From positions 62,001 to 126,000 of the forward strand of contig NW_003314408.1 of assembly GCF_000143415.4 (NCBI RefSeq): a stretch of 64,000 nt of DNA, read 5' to 3'. This stretch comes from Selaginella moellendorffii (lineage: Eukaryota; Plantae; Lycopodiophyta). Of the stretch, positions 9,758 to 22,228 are shown one piece after another. A program made the translations under genes and the position numbers. Within the stretch, counting starts at the first letter, position 1; every line of letters begins with the position of its first letter. Under the pieces are notes generated by a model, which saw only the letters and a list, made by a program, of their open reading frames with translations, was not told the DNA's origin and searched no databases.

Positions 9758-12700
9758 ACTTGGTATCGGAGCTGTTCCTTAGTCCGACTTTTATTGGTGC
9801 TCAAGTATATCACCACTTGTATTGGAATTGGAAGGTCCTAGGTATGGACCTATCCTCGAGGAGTAGCATGTCGAGAGGACATAGCTCTCCACTTAAGTTC
9901 ATGCGTGAACTTGTGTGCAATGTGGTGGATAGAAAGGGGCTAATAATGGAATGACTTTGGGATCTTGGGAACAGTATAAGGTTTTCCTCGGAGAGTTGAG
10001 GATGTGATTCAAATGAACATTTGATTTAGCAAACTGGCTAATGTAGTTGTGGTAAACAACTATAGTTGGGATCACGGAAAAGATAGAGACTCCAAAACAA
10101 TAAAGGAGTCACAAGATTAACCTCATATAGTGAGGCTGGTGCTCATGAAATTGAGACAAGAATTAATGACCGTGAAATGTCAAATACGGATGAGGACACG
10201 AGTCCTTGAAATGGTGGTTGGGGCTACTTTTTATAAATGCGGGAACAAACCCAAGGAGTTGGGGGTGTGCTAAAAGGATGAGTCAGTATTCTCATCACAT
10301 GGACAAGTGGTCATAAGGGGCAAAAGATTGCCCCCAGAGAACAAAATCAAATGTTGAAATAACACTTGCAAAGATGGTCCTTGTGAGTAGGACATGAATA
10401 CAAGAGTTGTATTCTAGTGAGCTGGCACCTCAAAAGTAAGACTTCATGGGTCGTCGGATTAGCAAAGTCCAAAAAAGTCTGATGACTCTAATAGAGTCAA
10501 GGAATAATCCTAAGGGATTAATGGAAGCATTTGGACTGAGGTGTGTAGTGCCCCACGAAGGATGGGGAGGATCTTGAGATCCAAGTATGAGAACAGTGTG
10601 TATCTCATGGATGGCAGAATGTGCCATACTAAAGTCGTGGGAAAGAGTTCCCTGGAAGAAAACAACTTTAACACAAAGTTGTGTGTGAACTCTATGGTGC
10701 AGTGCTAATGGATAATTGGCATAAGAGACAACCATATTGGTTTTGGCAAAAAGACCTAGACACAAGAAAAAAGTGTCATAAAGGTAGGCTCGTGGAGCCG
10801 ATGGTGTGGAGACAACGAATGTGCCAAGGCATGCTGCCTTGAGGTCAAGTTGGTGGGTTTATGAGAACCCCTTCCAAAGGAATCCCAATGAAAATGGGAA
10901 TGGCATAGCCTAAGCTAGAAGGCATGCGGTTAGAGTGTAGTGACCCAGATAATGATGGAGGTGTGGAAGCACCAACAATGAGTTGTAGGACTTGACAACT
11001 ATGAGACAACTAAGCAAAAGGGGCAAAATAAGTTGTTAAACTGGTAGAAGGCAACTACCTATTGGGATAAAGAAATTAGATATACCCTTGTGGGGGATAA
11101 ATTGCTTATGTTGCGATATAGTAAGTCAATGTTGAAAAGGGAATGCTCATTGTCAGAGAAGCCATCATTGGGACACCCAAACACTCTAGAATACCAGAAG
11201 GTGGTGTTTGGTGTCATGAGAGCAATGGATAATGCCCAAGGGACAAAGTCCCTAGCGAATGATGGATAGGAGGTGCTATCCAAATGTTCAAGGTTGCGGT
11301 GACGGGAGAAGTCCATCTACCCAAATTGGACAAAGCCAAAAACGGGATTTTGGCGAGGCTAGTGATGGGCATATGAAGGCCCATAAGCAGCAACAGTAAT
11401 CCTAGTGTGTGGGATTATAAGGTGAGCAAACCCGGATTGAGAAACCACTCCCTAGGCTGTCGGGTAGGTTCATCCCTATGAATACTTGCCAAGGCATGGT
11501 AGAAAGTGCAAAGCTATCTTCCTAGTCTAGAAGAGAATAACCGAAAGAAATGTATGAGGCCAAAAGGCAAGTAGTATAGGGATAGAATTAAACTATAGGA
11601 ATTGACAGGCATGATCAAGGGTGGTTATGCAAGTTGGAAGTGGAGAATTAAGTGGGTGCTCAAGCATGTTGTTACTAGCGACCGGGATGCCATGGAGAGT
11701 CAAAAACATGGGATTGTCCATGTTAGACTATATGGCAATTGGAAAGCTTGCGAAAGGAGAGGCCTTAGCAAGCTAAAGGGACAGAGTTCCTTTGAAAGGT
11801 TCCCAAAGACAATTCTAGGTAATTGGATACCTAGAAAGCCAAGTGTAAATGGTTTATAGAATGCATAAAATCAAAGGGGCGCAGCAGAAGCGTGGTCTTG
11901 AAGTTTGCCATAAAGTGAGGCTATCAAGATTGGGGAAGTAGTTCCCGAGTGTTCAAAGAGAGGGCTTTGAACGAAAGTCGATGGTTAAGAACTTTCACGC
12001 TTATGCATGAACCATGTTACGGTGGCCGGATGACTTGCTAAATGAGATTAGCAAGTCGGGGGGAACAAATACCCTAGTTGAAGGTGCTAACTTCAAAAGG
12101 GTGGCCCATAGGGCCAAGCATGGAGGAGTTCATGCATGATCATAGACTTGTCAAGTGAAAAGACTTGGCAATGTGGAGGAACTAGGTTTCTAAGCTATAA
12201 TCTGTAGCGCGCTTTAAATATAAGTTGGTGCACTGGCGTGGGGAGTCACGCCAGGCATCTTGTGTGATGCCGTCCGTAGATGCATATACGGAGGTTGGGT
12301 TCGAGTCCCGATCCTCTAGTGTTTGGGTTCGAGTCCCAAATCACTAAGGCGTGGTGATGGTTTGGAATATGAGGACACTCATATTTCAGTGGTCATGGAC
12401 TTTCAGTGGGGAGACTGGTTTGGGCACACCGCCAAGCCAGGGATGCCTCGGAGTCGTGATGCACGATTAGATTGCTTAGTGTGAAAGCTCGGCATATCTA
12501 ACTTGAATGCTTTGGTGCAAGTGGCACTAAGGACGTGGTGAGTGAGATGGGGACACCTAATCTCAGTTGCTATAGACCCTTGGCCGTAAGGGCTGGCTTG
12601 GGTGCACCACCAAGTGTGGGGGATGCCCCCGAGGTTATGGTCAACAACTTGAAGGTTTAGAAGACCAAGTACCTCTTGGCAACTTTGTTAAGGTGCCAAG

Positions 12701-13812
12701 GTGAGATCCCTAGGTGATCTTATGGCCAAATAAAGATAAGGTCCTTGGTTGGCTAAGGAATGAAGTTCCTGGTTCAAAATGTTGATTTGAACTATTTAAG
12801 ATGGTGTGGCTTGGTCAAGATGACCAAGTGGGAAGAGCACCTAAGGGAAATAAACTGTGTCCGTGCAATGGCATAGTGAGTCTGAGGAAAGTAGTTTCTA
12901 TAAGAGACCCATGGGAAAGTCACGAAGTTGGGCCGTGGATAGAGCCCACAGCAGAAGATGCTAAAGAGACGTACTAGGGGTGAACATCCTCCAGACTTGG
13001 CAAAGAAAAGTCTTTGCTATGGAACCGAAGGGATACCTCGAAAATGGAGGTAGCGATCCTATGTTGGTAGGTGCAACAATCAAGGATAGGAGCAAACGAC
13101 TGTGGTTAAGTAAAGAGCCATGGGATTCATGAGAAAGAATCCAAATGGCAAAGTTAGGCCAAGAACACTAAGGTGTTGGGTGCTAACGGATTGTCGGAAA
13201 GGCAATGTATTCCCAAGGATGGATTCCCAATTGCTCCGATTTAGCGAAAGCAGAAGCTCCAAGGGTGGGAGCAGTAAAGTAGCCAAATGATAGGGCTGTG
13301 GACAGCCCTAGCACAAAATATGATAACTGGAACTTAGTGCCAAAGGTGGCATGAAATCAAACAAAGGATGATGGTGCCCTCAAGTAGAGAACTTCCTGGG
13401 ATGAGGAAGTGGAGTTGCACAAAATGTGCAATGCAAGGTGTCGGAGACACCCAGGAAATTGACTTCAAGAAGTCAAAATTAAAAGTTCCAAAGTGCAAGG
13501 GTTATATCGATGGAAAATGAGACCACTCGAGAATGAGTAGTGGGATCGAGTTAGAGAAGGTGTCTCTAACAGATTTAGTGAGAACTAAACCAATAAAAGG
13601 AGAGAACCACCACAAGTGGTCAAATGAGCCTCTAAGTTGGAGAGGCTATGCTCCTTAGAGGATGGACAAGGCATGGTGAGCTTTTGGTGTCAAACCATAG
13701 ACAAATATTGGCTGGGTGCCAAGGATGGAAATGGTAACACGTGTGGGTGTTACTTTCTGAAAGGGTTTACCGTTCGATGAGGATATCGAACTTCGTGTAT
13801 GGGTGGTGGAGT

Positions 13813-15462
13813 TGTGAGACACAAAATCCCTAGGCCCCAAAGTGGAGCTGTAAGGGTGCCATGTGGTGGTGGCCGAAGCGAAAACCAAACGAGCGTAACA
13901 CATTTGGACTAAAAGCTCTGACTTGAAAGGTCGAGAGTGGGAGTGGAACTCCCAACAAAGTGCTCAAGGAACGAGCATGAAGCGAGCAATAAGCGAGGCT
14001 CCAAAAAGGGACCCAAAAGGACCAACACATGACACGTGGAAGAGTCCGAGATGGAGCCCGAGATGGAGTCTGAGATGGACCCGAGATGGAGTTCGAGATG
14101 GACTTGAGTTGGAGTCCGAAGTGGAGTCCGAGGTGGAGTCCGAGGTGGAGTCCGAGGTGGACCCGAGATGGACCCAAGATGGAGTCTGAGATGGAGTCCG
14201 AGATGGAGTTCGAGATAGACCCGAGATGGACCCAAGATGTAGTCTGAGATGGAGTCCGAGATGGAGTTCGAGATAGACCCGAGGTGGACACGAGATGGAG
14301 TCCGAGATGGAGTCCGAGATGGAGTCCGAAATGGACCCAAGATGGAGTCCGAAGTCGAGACCGAGACCAAGACCAGGACCGGGACCGGGACCAAGACCGG
14401 GACCAGGACCGAGACCGAGACCGAGACCGGGACCGAGACTGAGCCCGAGTCTGAGTTCGAGTCTGAGAGGGTGAAAGCCCAAAGCGTTCGTCTCCTATAC
14501 CCTGGGGGGTTTGGTGAGCTCCAAAATTATAGTGAGGGGGAGGACTGCAGTGGAGCCAGTTTGGCTAGGAAAGGCCAGTTTGGCCCAGGAAGGCCGGACT
14601 CAGTGTTGGGTGATGAGCTGCCCACTGGGAAGTCCAAGACTAGAGTGAACACGGACGGACAAGCGGGGTAGCTGGGTGAAGTGTTCAAGAGCCGACTCTA
14701 GTTCCCCTAGGAGATCGACTGGCCGATGCTCCCAGTCCAAGTGTGGGTGGCACTACCTACTTTGATACCTGGTGTGGCTTAACGGAACCTCGCTCTAAGC
14801 CTATGGCTAGAGCACCTAAAGGTGGAAGGCGGGGAGAGTACCCATGAGGCCTGCGTAGGGCCACGGTGTTTCGAAATGTTGTTCCAAAGTCCCAGACTGT
14901 GGAAAGGAAGAGGAGTAGCCTTTTGGTGTGGTGACCAAGGACACAATCCCATGGTGAGGCAGTCCCAGAGGCCAGTGGACTTAGAGGTCGGGCCTGCGGG
15001 CCTTGATCTAGTGGCAGTGTTGGTGAATACGGCCATGGATGAAAACGGACTTGGTGGGGACTGGAAAAGAGATATCAGGGAAGGCTATTCCCCATGGTTG
15101 TGAGTATCCTAAGGATGCTAAGGAGTGGATCTAGGATGATCACTCATAGATGGAGGGCCTAGTCTTTGAGAGACGAGACTGTGATGTAGGTGGCGTTAGA
15201 CCACCAGTGTGACCAAGGTGAATGGGCATAGCCTTAGTGTAATGGGCCGATATGTTGGTGGTACCTTGGGGTGCCGGTCATGGGATCAAACACATGGAGC
15301 ACTTGGACCAAGTGCAAAGGTGGAGTGGCATGGATGCCATTCTCGGGGCTAACAAGCCCCAAATCCTAACTAGGACTTATGGAGGCTGTGAATAAGACTC
15401 CTCCAAGTGGTCAGAGGTGCGGTTAAGTGACTAAAGTAAAATGGAAAAATTAATCTCTTACA
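13813..15462 (+). repeat. 3' LTR of element B (1650 bp)
   Basis: Direct repeat of 7743-9757 with the same termini, preceded by a purine-rich tract. Confidence 0.9.
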
Positions 15463-18400
15463 AGAGCATTAGGAAGGCCTTGAAGCTTTCCAGGTCTGTA
15501 CTTGATAACAAAGTCAAACCAACTCAGAAATTGTGCCCACCTTGCTTCACAACGGCTCAAAACTCGGGAAGTGGCAAAGTACTCAAGATTTTTGTGATCT
15601 GTCCAGACTGTTGTTTGATGGCCCGCCCCCTCCAAGAAACGGCACCACTCTCCAAAAGAATCCACGATGGCAAGGAGCTCCTTGTCGTGGATTTCGTAAT
15701 TGATCTCCACAGGCTGGATTTTCCGAGAATGGAAAGCAACCGGATGAAGTTCTTGATCCGCTCCGAGTTGAGACAACACAGCACCGATGGCAAAGTCAGA
15801 GGTGTCAGCCTCGATGAAGAAAGGTTGTGAGGAATCAGCATGGATCAAGACAGGAGCAGAACAGAAGGCCGCCTTGAGTGTGTCGAAGGCCTACTGGGTA
15901 GCAGCAGACCAAGAGAAGGGAACATCCTTCGCCGCGCTACTGTTTTTCCGTCCCAGACTCAGGAATCCCAGCTTGAGTCTTCGGGGCATACTCCTGAACC
16001 TACTGCTCCGGTCTCAATGGATATTTCTGGTACTCCTTGACTCATTAGAGGGAAGTTGAGTCAAATATCTCATAATCTTTGCCTCTACTATGTTGATCCT
16101 AATCACAAAGCAGCTGTGTGTCCCAAGAAGCCTCCTTGACTGCTCGAGTTCACTCTGCCTCAAAGTCCACCTCTATTGCAGTCGGGAAACGACCCTTTCC
16201 AAATAGAGTAGGAGCTGTCTATTTTGACTCAACAAATAAAAATCACTTTTCTTCTTTATCAAACTCCTCACCACCTTTCATCAAAGCCACCACCAATTCC
16301 CGCAACTTCCGCATCCCATGTCTCCTTTCTTTCACCGGACAATCAGGACTCAAGGCTCTAGCACTACTGGACTCGGGTGCAACTTCCTGCTTTATAGACA
16401 CGGACTTTGCTGCCCGACATCACGTTCCTCTTTCTCCTACGATACGGGATCTGAGGGTTGAAGGCGTTGGTGGGCATTTTGTGTCTCCATCTTCTGGACT
16501 TAGGGAAATGTTGCCTGTTCGAGTACACATCGGGTCCACCATCACCGATATCGCCTTCAACATCATCAACAGCAAGTCCTCCTCTGTGGTGCTCGGTCTT
16601 CCTTGGTTCCAACTACATCAGCCTCAGATCTGTTGGAAGGAATTACAGCTCATCTCTCCCATGGCTTCCCCTGCTGTTCATTGAGTCTGAATCAGGAAAA
16701 GTTCCCTAAACTCAAATCGGGGTTCTATTCCTGACTCTACGAAGTTTTCACCCTCTTCTTTTTCTTCTCTTCCATCTTACACTGGAGAGTATCCTCATCT
16801 CATCATTCCATTTAGTCGTACACCTCCTCCTATCTCCACAATTACTATGAAAGAACTCCTTCATGAAGAACCTATTTCCTTTTTACTTTGCATGTTTCTC
16901 CTGTCAGTCTTCCTAAGAAGTATCATGATTTTGGGGATGTGTTTGACAAAAAAAAAGCTAGTGTACTGCCTGTTCATTGGCCTTATGACTGTCCCATTGA
17001 TTTACAAGAAGGAGCGTCACCTCCGTGGGGGCCTATCTACGGGATATCCCCGTCCAAGCTTAAGGCCCTCAAAGAGTATGTGGATGAGAACCTTGCCTCG
17101 GGGTACATTCAGCATTCGCAGTCCCCGGCTGGAGCACCTGTCTTCTTTGTCAAGAAGAAGGATGGGAGTTTGCGGCTAGTCATTGACTACCAAGGTTTGA
17201 ACAAGGACTGTTCAGAACCATTATCTGTTGCCTCTGATCTTGGACCTATTGGAACGCCTCGGCGGTGCCGCTTCTTCACCAAGATCGACCTTCATGGAGC
17301 ATACAACCTGATCCGGATCCGATCTGGTGATGAATGGAAGACTGCATTCCGAACCCGCTATGGCCACTTTGAGTATACTGTCATGCCATTTGGCTTGACA
17401 AATGCTCCAGCAGTTTTCCAACACATGGCGAATGATGTCTTTCAGGAGTTTCTTGATCAGATGGTGATCGTCTACCTCAATGACATCCTCATCTACTCAA
17501 AAACTCAGGAGGAGCATGACGAACATGTACGCAAGGTGCTGGCGAAGTTACGAGAACACGGCCTATACGCAAAGCTTGAGAAATGTTCCTTCGATCAGCA
17601 GTTTGTGGAGTTCCTTGGGTACATTGTCACTCCTGAGGGTATCACGATGGATCCTGCCAAAGTCAAGACTATTCTCGAATGGGAGCCTCCACAATCAATG
17701 TCGGACGTTCAGGTTTTCCTTGGCTTTGCCAACTTCAACTGCAAATTCATTGATCACTACTCTGACATTGTCCTTCCTCTCACACATCTCACTCGCCCTG
17801 ACGACGTTCAAAGAGACGATTGTCACATCGAACAGGTTTTTTGATGGCGTCCGACAGGTCCTTGGGATCCTCCATGGTGAGCAACAAATCCTTGACACCG
17901 TTGTTGAGGCCGAAACGAAATTGGTCAATCAGGGCCCGCTCATCCCACTGAGTGTCCAAGGCAAGGAGTTGGAACTCTACAGCGTAGATCGAGGCAGGAC
18001 GAGACCCCTGAGAGAGACGTCTCATCTTTGTGGTAACAACCCAAACCTGATCCGTCTCGCCAAAACATGCTTCGAGCTTCTTTTTGAACAATTGAGGATC
18101 CATCAGCTCCAGAACCACGACCCCTTTCATGCTCTTCTCTAAAAGAGGAGAAAACCATGACAAAGCTGCACCTTAGAGCAACGTCCCAATCACGCTGATT
18201 TGAGACTCGGGAGTGGGGTACCGCCGATGTTGAAGTGCAAAGATTAGCTCCATCTGGTTTAGAAATCCACAAAGCTCCGAACGCTTGCCTGAAAATTTCG
18301 CCGGGAAACTTACCTTCGGTTCAGGAACTTTGCTGAATCCTTGAGCTGAAAGTGAAGCAAGCTCCTGCTACATGCGAAGAAGGGTCGCCTTCAGCTCAGT

Positions 18401-18784
18401 CTGTTTGAACGTCAATATAGTTACTAACTAGCAAATTGTAAGCCACAAATTTTTCCTTTCCAATTTGCCAGCTTACCTCGTCTATCCGTCCAACATTGCC
18501 TTGGCTTTTGCTAAGTTCCCTTGCCAAGGTTCTCGCTTATGGTACCAGCTCCTACTTGGTTTCAGCTACTCACTGCACGAGCAACGGAGTGTTAGCCATC
18601 CATCCACAGATTCCCAAATCTATAGGGTTCAAATATAAAGGGAAAGGGCCCATGAATAAGAGTGCACCCCCTTTTCCAATAGGTTAAGGGTCTTAGGATA
18701 TTTGGGGTTAACTGTCCTTGGGTGTGAATAGTACTGGGTTGGGTGACCTCCCGGGAAGTCCAAACTTAGGAGCTTACACAAATG

Positions 18785-19420
18785 AACTCGCAACTCCAAT
18801 AAAGACTCCAGCTCATGCTATCGTGGCTAGTGGATCCCTCTCTCATGCTCAAGCACCACCAACGCAAGGCTCGCAAATTCCACCACCGCCAATTCCTTTC
18901 CTTCCTCCCAATTTGCCTCTTCCGCCGCCTTACAGCATTCATCCTTACGCAATGTTTGCAAACAGGCCGCCAGCTACTGGTTACTTCCCATACTTTTCTC
19001 CTCCTAGCTCCACCATGGAGAGGTTGTTTGCTCAGTATGCAACTCCAAGAATGCATCCCTTCAAAGGCTACACTGGTCAGGATGGAACCCCTGCGTTCTT
19101 CCCATTATCTCCGAAGCTCCTTACAAGCCACTCCAAGTAGCTCTGAAAGCAACCAGGGAGGACAACGGCGAGCGAGGGCCAGAATCCCAGCAGCAATCTT
19201 CTGGGTCAAGTCACCCCAAGCACATATCAATCGAGAGAAAAGCATCCTCTTGTTTCTTCTCGTTTTGGAATCTAAGAACACTGTTTTTTGCAGGTGGAAG
19301 CTTCATCACCTTCTTCCATGGAAGTAAAATAGGAGCTGCAAGTAGTACAACCACTGGTGAAAAGCCCGAGTCCCACAATTCTCGATGGATCTAGCAATTC
19401 CAACTGCGTTGCATGACTGA
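18785..19420 (+). pseudogene. 3' fragment of the bHLH121-like gene (duplicate copy with an internal deletion)
   Basis: Near-identical to 28162-28924. A deletion joins catgctc to aagcacc at about 18849 (CTC microhomology). Confidence 0.85.
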
Positions 19421-19760
19421 TCAAGTGGTGAAACATATTGAGCATTCTGAATTGGGTAAATAAATCCCATTTGCAAAAAGCATAATCTTACACAGACTTG
19501 AAAGGAATACCACCTCACACATAGAAATCCTGCTAGAAATCAAGAGCAAAAGGCAATTGGGATATAGGATGAATCCATCCAAACTTCCAAGCAACATTTG
19601 TATATGGACTCTTTCTCTTCTCGTGCTCATTTTCTTCCAATCGAATAGAGATCCTGGCTTTGCTTTGATTCCTAGCGATCATGCAACACTGCCACAGTAG
19701 ACTTATTTGAGCATTTGGACAGAGTAAAAGTACCACTTTAGTTAAATAACGCAAACGTGG

Positions 19761-22151
19761 TCAAGTTTTGGTCAAAGATTTGGACTGCTCGAGGTTTTGC
19801 CTCAGATCAAAGAGGAAGCCAGGCCTGGAGATGGTGCCACCGATTTCCATGTCTCCCATGAGCATTCCCACCACTCTAAACATAGATGAACGCCTGCTGC
19901 CGCTGGCTTGCGTGCAGTGGAGAGCCACCAAGAACACGCGCTCCATCTTGTGAATATCTCGCTCGTCGCCCACATCCAGTCGCTTGTCAATCATCTCCAG
20001 GAGGTGGCCGCTCTGGAAGACATTCCATGCCTGGTTCGGAAGAAGGATCTTAGACGAAGATATAGAGATCAAAACCACTCACCCGTTCGAGAAGGAAGGA
20101 ATCGCCATCCGAGAGTGTGAAATCCATGCTTATCCTTCCACTCAAGATCTCCAGGACAAGGATCTCAAACGAGTAGACATCGGCCTTCTCGGTGAGCTGG
20201 CCGGAGAGAGCGTACTCTGGAGCTAGATAGCCACTGGAAACGATCTCCATGGAAGTTGAAGTTTTTGGACATCAAAAAACTTACACTGTTCCTGTGGCTC
20301 GTGTGTTGATATAACTCCGATCTTCCTGGATCAGTCTTGCCAGGCCGAAGTCCGAGATCTTTGCCTCAAGATTGCTTGCTAGAAGGATGCTGAGGGCTTT
20401 GATGTCTCTGTGCACGATGGTTGCCTGTGATGTTTCTCCGTGCAAGTATGCCAGACCTTGCGCAACTCCCACACAGATGTTGTATCTGGCTGTCCAATTT
20501 AGCTCCAAACCTTTGTCTGGAGACCCTGCCGAGAGAGAAAGCATGATAACTCTTTCATGGATCTAGCGAAACTTACTAAACAAAGCGTCCGATAGGTTTC
20601 CATTCTCGATGAACTCGCAGACGGTGAGCTTGTGCTCTTTCTCAGAGCAGAAACCAAAAAGCTTGACAACATTCTTGTGCTGGAGGAGGCAAATCGTAGA
20701 CACCTCGTTCTCGAAATCCCGCCTTGCCTTGTCTGATAAGTCGGAGCTAGTCAAGTATTTGACGGCAACAAAGTGATTGTCTATAACTCCCTGTGTGTGA
20801 TCAAAAGTCGAGGAACTTCTCAAAAGAAAGAAACAGAGACTTACCTTGTATACACTCGCAAATCCGCCTCTGCCTACTAAGTTGTCCTTGTGAAATCCTT
20901 TGGTAGCCTCTTGGAGCTCTTTGTACGAGTATTTCCTGGCCTTTGAATCGGGTGGTAGCCAGCTCAACGCTTCCCTGCTAGCTTTACGATTTCTTTTCTT
21001 TCGCAAAATCAGCACAACACACAAAATCACCAGTGCCACTCCAACGAGAGACGCTCCTAAAGAGACTGCAATCGTTCGAATCCCTCGCCTCGACTTGGAG
21101 CTCAACGAAGGCTGCGAAACAGAGCTGGTACCATTTGGCTGCGGCGTCGATCCATTCGGAGAAGATGGATCTAGTGGGAAAGAAGAAACATGTAAGAGAT
21201 TCACATCGTAACTTGCAAAAGCTCGCCTTGGAAAGTGTGTGAGCTCCACACCGCCATTGGAGTCTTCATGTTGCTGATGGCATAGATCACCATGTTTCTA
21301 TCTCCCTGGACCGCAAACAAGGACGCATTCGTGGAGTTGTTCGTCCCAAACCTCGCCAAGACAGTCCCGTTTCGATCATACACAGCTAGCGTCGCCGTCT
21401 TTTCAAGAACAAGCTCGCAGTCCCTTCCGCTTCCCTTCGTTTTCGACTGCCACAAAACCTCTTTGGTAGTGGTGTCGCTAAACACAGCGTTGCAGTCCTC
21501 TCGCATCTCCAGCACGTACTCGGGCTTTTTAGCAGATTGAATCCGGTAACCCGGGTAGAGCCTGTCGAAAGCACTGTAACTCAGTCGCGTGTCTTCGTAG
21601 TCGTAGCAGTAGCCAATATGATCCGTGGAATTTTCCACCCGGAGAGACGAGCACGATCCATTAGATCCTCTCAAGTTCATGCCCTTGATGTAGTATCCGG
21701 CTTGGAACTGTCCTTGGGCGACATAGGCCGCTCCATAGCTCAAGTTCATGAGACCTCGGAGATCCGGTAAGAGAGCCGTGAATCCAGCGCGAAGCTTGCT
21801 GCCAGTGCCACCAAAGTCGGGGCTAAAGTTTGGGCCGCAGTACTCGACGTTGTAAAAGCAGAGGTTGAGAACCAGCGAGAAATTGGATTCCAGGAGGAAC
21901 AAGGTGTCAGCAATGACCTGGCCCCGGAAGTATAGATCCGTGGCTCCATCGTAAGTGAGCTTGGGAGGGATGGCAGTAATGAGAGATAAGAACCTGGCAT
22001 GGAGCTTGTTGCTGGCGGCATTGGTGAGAGGAAAATCATCGTCCTGTGCATGCATGAGGAGCTTCCCAGCGGCTAGGAAAGCCTGGATCAGGATGAAGAG
22101 GATCACAATTCGGGTGATCCCGAGCTGGGCGTCTGGAAAGGAAGGATTCAT
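19761..22151 (-). CDS. Receptor-like kinase: signal peptide, uncharacterised N-terminal ectodomain, bulb-type (B-)lectin domain, TM segment and Ser/Thr kinase; kinase probably inactive
   Basis: Approximate exons 22151-21230, 21170-20846, 20791-20582, 20526-20287, 20234-20084, 20030-19761. B-lectin-like [10 protein letters not shown]...LWQS...[12 protein letters not shown]...[38 protein letters not shown]. Kinase motifs [25 protein letters not shown] (N to S), DFGLAR, GYLAPEY, DVYSFE (G to E). Confidence 0.8.
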
Positions 22152-22228
22152 TGTGTGTACCCACGATCCTGACTGACAAGTTTAATTTTTTTCAAGCACG
22201 TGAACACATGGTCAACTTTCTGGGTTTC

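Larger units (their letters stand above)
7743..15462 (+). mobile_element. Element B: long-LTR retrotransposon with a non-coding/decayed interior (LARD-like), nested in the chromovirus
   Basis: LTRs 7743-9757 and 13813-15462 (tgtgaga...cttaca). PBS tggtatcggagc at 9761-9772 (tRNA-iMet type, one mismatch to TGGTATCAGAGC). PPT about 13797-13812. TSD agagt (7738-7742) / agagc (15463-15467). No long ORF in 9758-13812. Confidence 0.9.
5285..18400 (-). mobile_element. Ty3/Gypsy chromovirus (Tf1/Tcn1-like), degenerate, in a tandem or permuted arrangement with one shared LTR; interrupted by element B and internally inverted
   Basis: gag at 18400-17797 (KFSGKRSELCGFLNQM...AALSWF). Zn knuckle, protease (LLDSGAT) and RT (YLND) at 15930-17796 on the opposite strand. 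RNase H 15929-15463, integrase about 7566-6500, chromodomain about 6480-6320, PPT 6194-6209, LTR 5834-6193, then leader and a second gag copy about 5740-5285. Many stops. Confidence 0.9.

Noticed and set aside
11900-13100. Faint RT/RNase H-like traces inside element B (e.g. WEEHL)
   Set aside because: Too decayed to delimit by eye; not called as a CDS.
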